Notes under the pieces: model-generated
The model's input: only the letters and a program-made list of their open reading frames with translations
The model's database searches: none
What the model was told of the DNA's origin: nothing
Program-made: the position numbers and the translations under genes
Shown: positions 61,641-64,000 of the stretch, one piece after another
How positions within the stretch are numbered: position 1 is the first letter of the stretch
How the letters are laid out: every line of letters starts with the position of its first letter
Origin: Oculina patagonica
Taxonomy: Eukaryota
NCBI RefSeq assembly: GCF_052425735.1
Contig: NC_135761.1
Location: 21,948,001-22,012,000, forward strand
Length of the DNA: 64,000 bases
Reading direction: 5' to 3'

Positions 61641-64000
61641 CAATCACAGAAGAGTTTTTCAATGAACACTTTCGCCCTCAAGGAAAAACACTTTTACCTA
61701 CCGGCGATTGGTTAAGATTGACAGCAGCGAATGGATTGGAGATTCCATATGTCGGATACGTAGAACTGGACGTTGAAGCCTTGGGAGTCATGATCCCACA
61801 AAGAGGAATTTTAGTTGTTAAGAGTCCAGCGAGTGAAGAGGCCAGGCAACGTAAGAAGATAACCCCTGGATTAATTGGAATGAACATTATTTCCCAACTG
61901 CAAGGACCATACAAAAATGGAAAAACGGAAATTTCCCCCGAATGGAGTAAAGTACTGAAGATTGTTTCCTGTGCCAAACCTATTTCAGTACGTGGTTTTG
62001 CGAAAGTAGCCGGCAAATCCCAGGTTAGAATTCCAGCCGGATCTGTTTCTGTTGTCCGAATAACTGGATGGCATGGACCCCAAACGAGCAACACAGCTGC
62101 GCTTGTGGAGCCATTAAGTGGACAAACTCCGGGAAACTTGATTGTCATAAATACAGTTACCTGTGTAGTTAATGGACAACTTCATGTAAGAGTTGCAAAC
62201 ATTACTGGTGAAGATGTCTGGCTTCAACCCCATACAAGAATAGGAGTACTTCATGAGATTAATGATGTTATGGATACTAAAAACACTGTTGACTTCAAGA
62301 GAGTTTCAATTAATGAAGAGATGGTGTTTGTCAGAGAATCCACAACAGAACAAGAGCGAACACAGCCCTCAGCCTGTCCAATTGATCTGTCAGCTGTAGA
62401 GTGTACACCTGAGCAAAGAGAGAAGCTTGAGACTCTGTTCCAGAAACATGCAAGTGTCTTTACAGAGAATGAGAATGACCTTGGATACACAGAAACAATC
62501 AAGCACAAGATCCCGACTATTGACCAAGTACCAGTTGCACAGCCGTACAGAAGAATCCCACCAAACCAGTTTCAAGAGGCAAAGGACCATATACGAAAGC
62601 TCCTGGATGGTGGCATTATTCGAGAAAGCCGTAGTCCTTACGCCGCACCTATTGTACTTGTCAGAAAAAAGGATGGATCCCTGAGGCTATGCGTTGATTA
62701 CAGACGTCTTAACACCAAGACAGTAAGAGACCAGTTCCCTTTACCAAGAATTGAAGAGTCCATTGATGCTATTGGAGGTGCAAAATGGTTTTCAACGATG
62801 GACCTCGCGAGTGGGTTCAACCAGGTTGCCATGGACGAGGAAGACAGGCACAAGACCGCCTTCACTACGCCGTTCGGAATCTTCGAGTACAACAGAATGC
62901 CAATGGGCTTAACCAACAGTCCCGGGACCTTTCAGAGGCTTATGCAAACCTGTTTGAGCGATTACATCTTTCAAATACTGCTCGTGTACCTTGACGACAT
63001 CATTGTGTATTCCAATACCTATGATGAGCACATTGAGAGACTTGACAGAGTCTTTACACGACTCCGAGAACATGGGTTAAAACTCAAACCAGGGAAGTGT
63101 CACTTCCTTCAGCGTAAAGTCACGTACGTTGGTCATCAGATCTCTTCTGATGGTATCACGACAGACCCTGAGAAGACTCAAGCTGTGTCAGAATGGAAAC
63201 TGCCAACAACTGTTAAAGAACTGAGATCATTCCTTGGATTCTGCAGTTACTATCGCAGATTTGTCAAAGACTTTGCAAGGATTGCCGGACCATTACACCA
63301 ACTAGTTAACAACTGCCTGCATGAGCTGAAAGTGGAAAAGAAGCTTAAAGTCCCATTTGTGAAGAGGTGGAATTCAGAATGTCAAACCGCATTTGATGCA
63401 TTGAAGATGAAATTGACCCATCCCCCAGTACTTGGATTTGCAGACTACAGCAAGCCATTTATCGTAGAAACAGATGCCAGTCATGTAGGACTTGGAGCAG
63501 TCTTATCACAAGATCAGGATGGCCAGCGCTAAGTCATTGCTTATGCCAGTAGAAGATTGAGACCAAGTGAAAAGAACCCAAGAAATTACAGCTCCATGAA
63601 GCTTGAACTGTTAGCATTGAAGTGGGCAGTAACTGAGAAATTCAGAACCTATCTTCTTGGTTCTAAATGTGAAGTTTTCACCGACAACAACCCATTGAAG
63701 TACTTACAGACCACTGCCAAGCTTGGTGCCTTGGAGCAGCGATGGGCAGCTCAGTTGGCCTTATTTGACTTCTCAATCAGCTACAGAAGCGGACGATCTA
63801 ATGCAAATGCTGATGCTTTATCACGCCAGCCTCATGAATCAGTGACACCTGAAGTAGAAGATTCAAAGGAAGATGAATTATTACACATCGAGTCTATAGT
63901 TACCCTAGCAACTCCTGTACCACCTGACCTGAGCCATGCTATTGTGAAGACGCATATCCCAATTGAAGTAAGACGAATGGCAGCACACGAATCAGACCAC

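Larger units (their letters stand above)
58279..64000 (+). mobile_element. Gypsy LTR retrotransposon (5' LTR 58279-59712; gag 59812-~60855; pol ~60860 to the window end), inactivated by stops and an insertion
   Basis: LTR TGTGACC...GGTCACA. PBS TGGCGCTGCGAGCAGGAT (tRNA-Ser-like) at 59715. gag with CFNCNKKGHIARNC. Protease LLDSGS, RT LCVDYRRLN/YLDD, RNase H ETDAS. Premature stops at 60574, 60682 and 63530. Confidence 0.93.

Noticed and set aside
46026-62994. Numerous short antisense or alternate-frame ORFs over the BEL, PLE and Gypsy coding regions
   Set aside because: Shadow ORFs of retroelement genes with no independent motifs.

Overview
This is AT-rich eukaryotic DNA, probably from a cnidarian such as a stony coral (inferred from the repeat families and intron structure). 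It contains no prokaryotic features. The window opens with the 3' end of a haspin kinase gene (556-2775), followed by about seven decayed tandem copies of one of its exons. The most striking feature is a 5.6-kb element (11076-16688) with Polinton/Maverick termini (AGTAGT...ACTACT) and a perfect 6-bp TSD. The element is one giant palindrome: a single Polinton end copied back on itself, with no core genes. It carries an acidic-N-terminus ORF, a zinc-finger ORF and a signal-peptide LRR ORF. A 19-bp imperfect inverted repeat at the centre looks like the snap-back primer, which suggests an integrated copy-back (defective-interfering-like) Polinton genome. Next comes a second, older ~16.7-kb inverted duplication (17824-34529) enclosing a decayed Ngaro/DIRS-type retroelement and a Kolobok-like THAP transposon. 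The rest is a long 78-bp hairpin-containing satellite with a ~1.02-kb higher-order repeat. Inserted into it are an L1/Tx1 LINE, a CR1-group LINE fragment, a BEL/Pao element, a THAP transposon fragment, a Penelope-like element with a hammerhead ribozyme and no endonuclease, and a Gypsy element. The Gypsy protease is interrupted by a palindromic/tandem tRNA-derived repeat.
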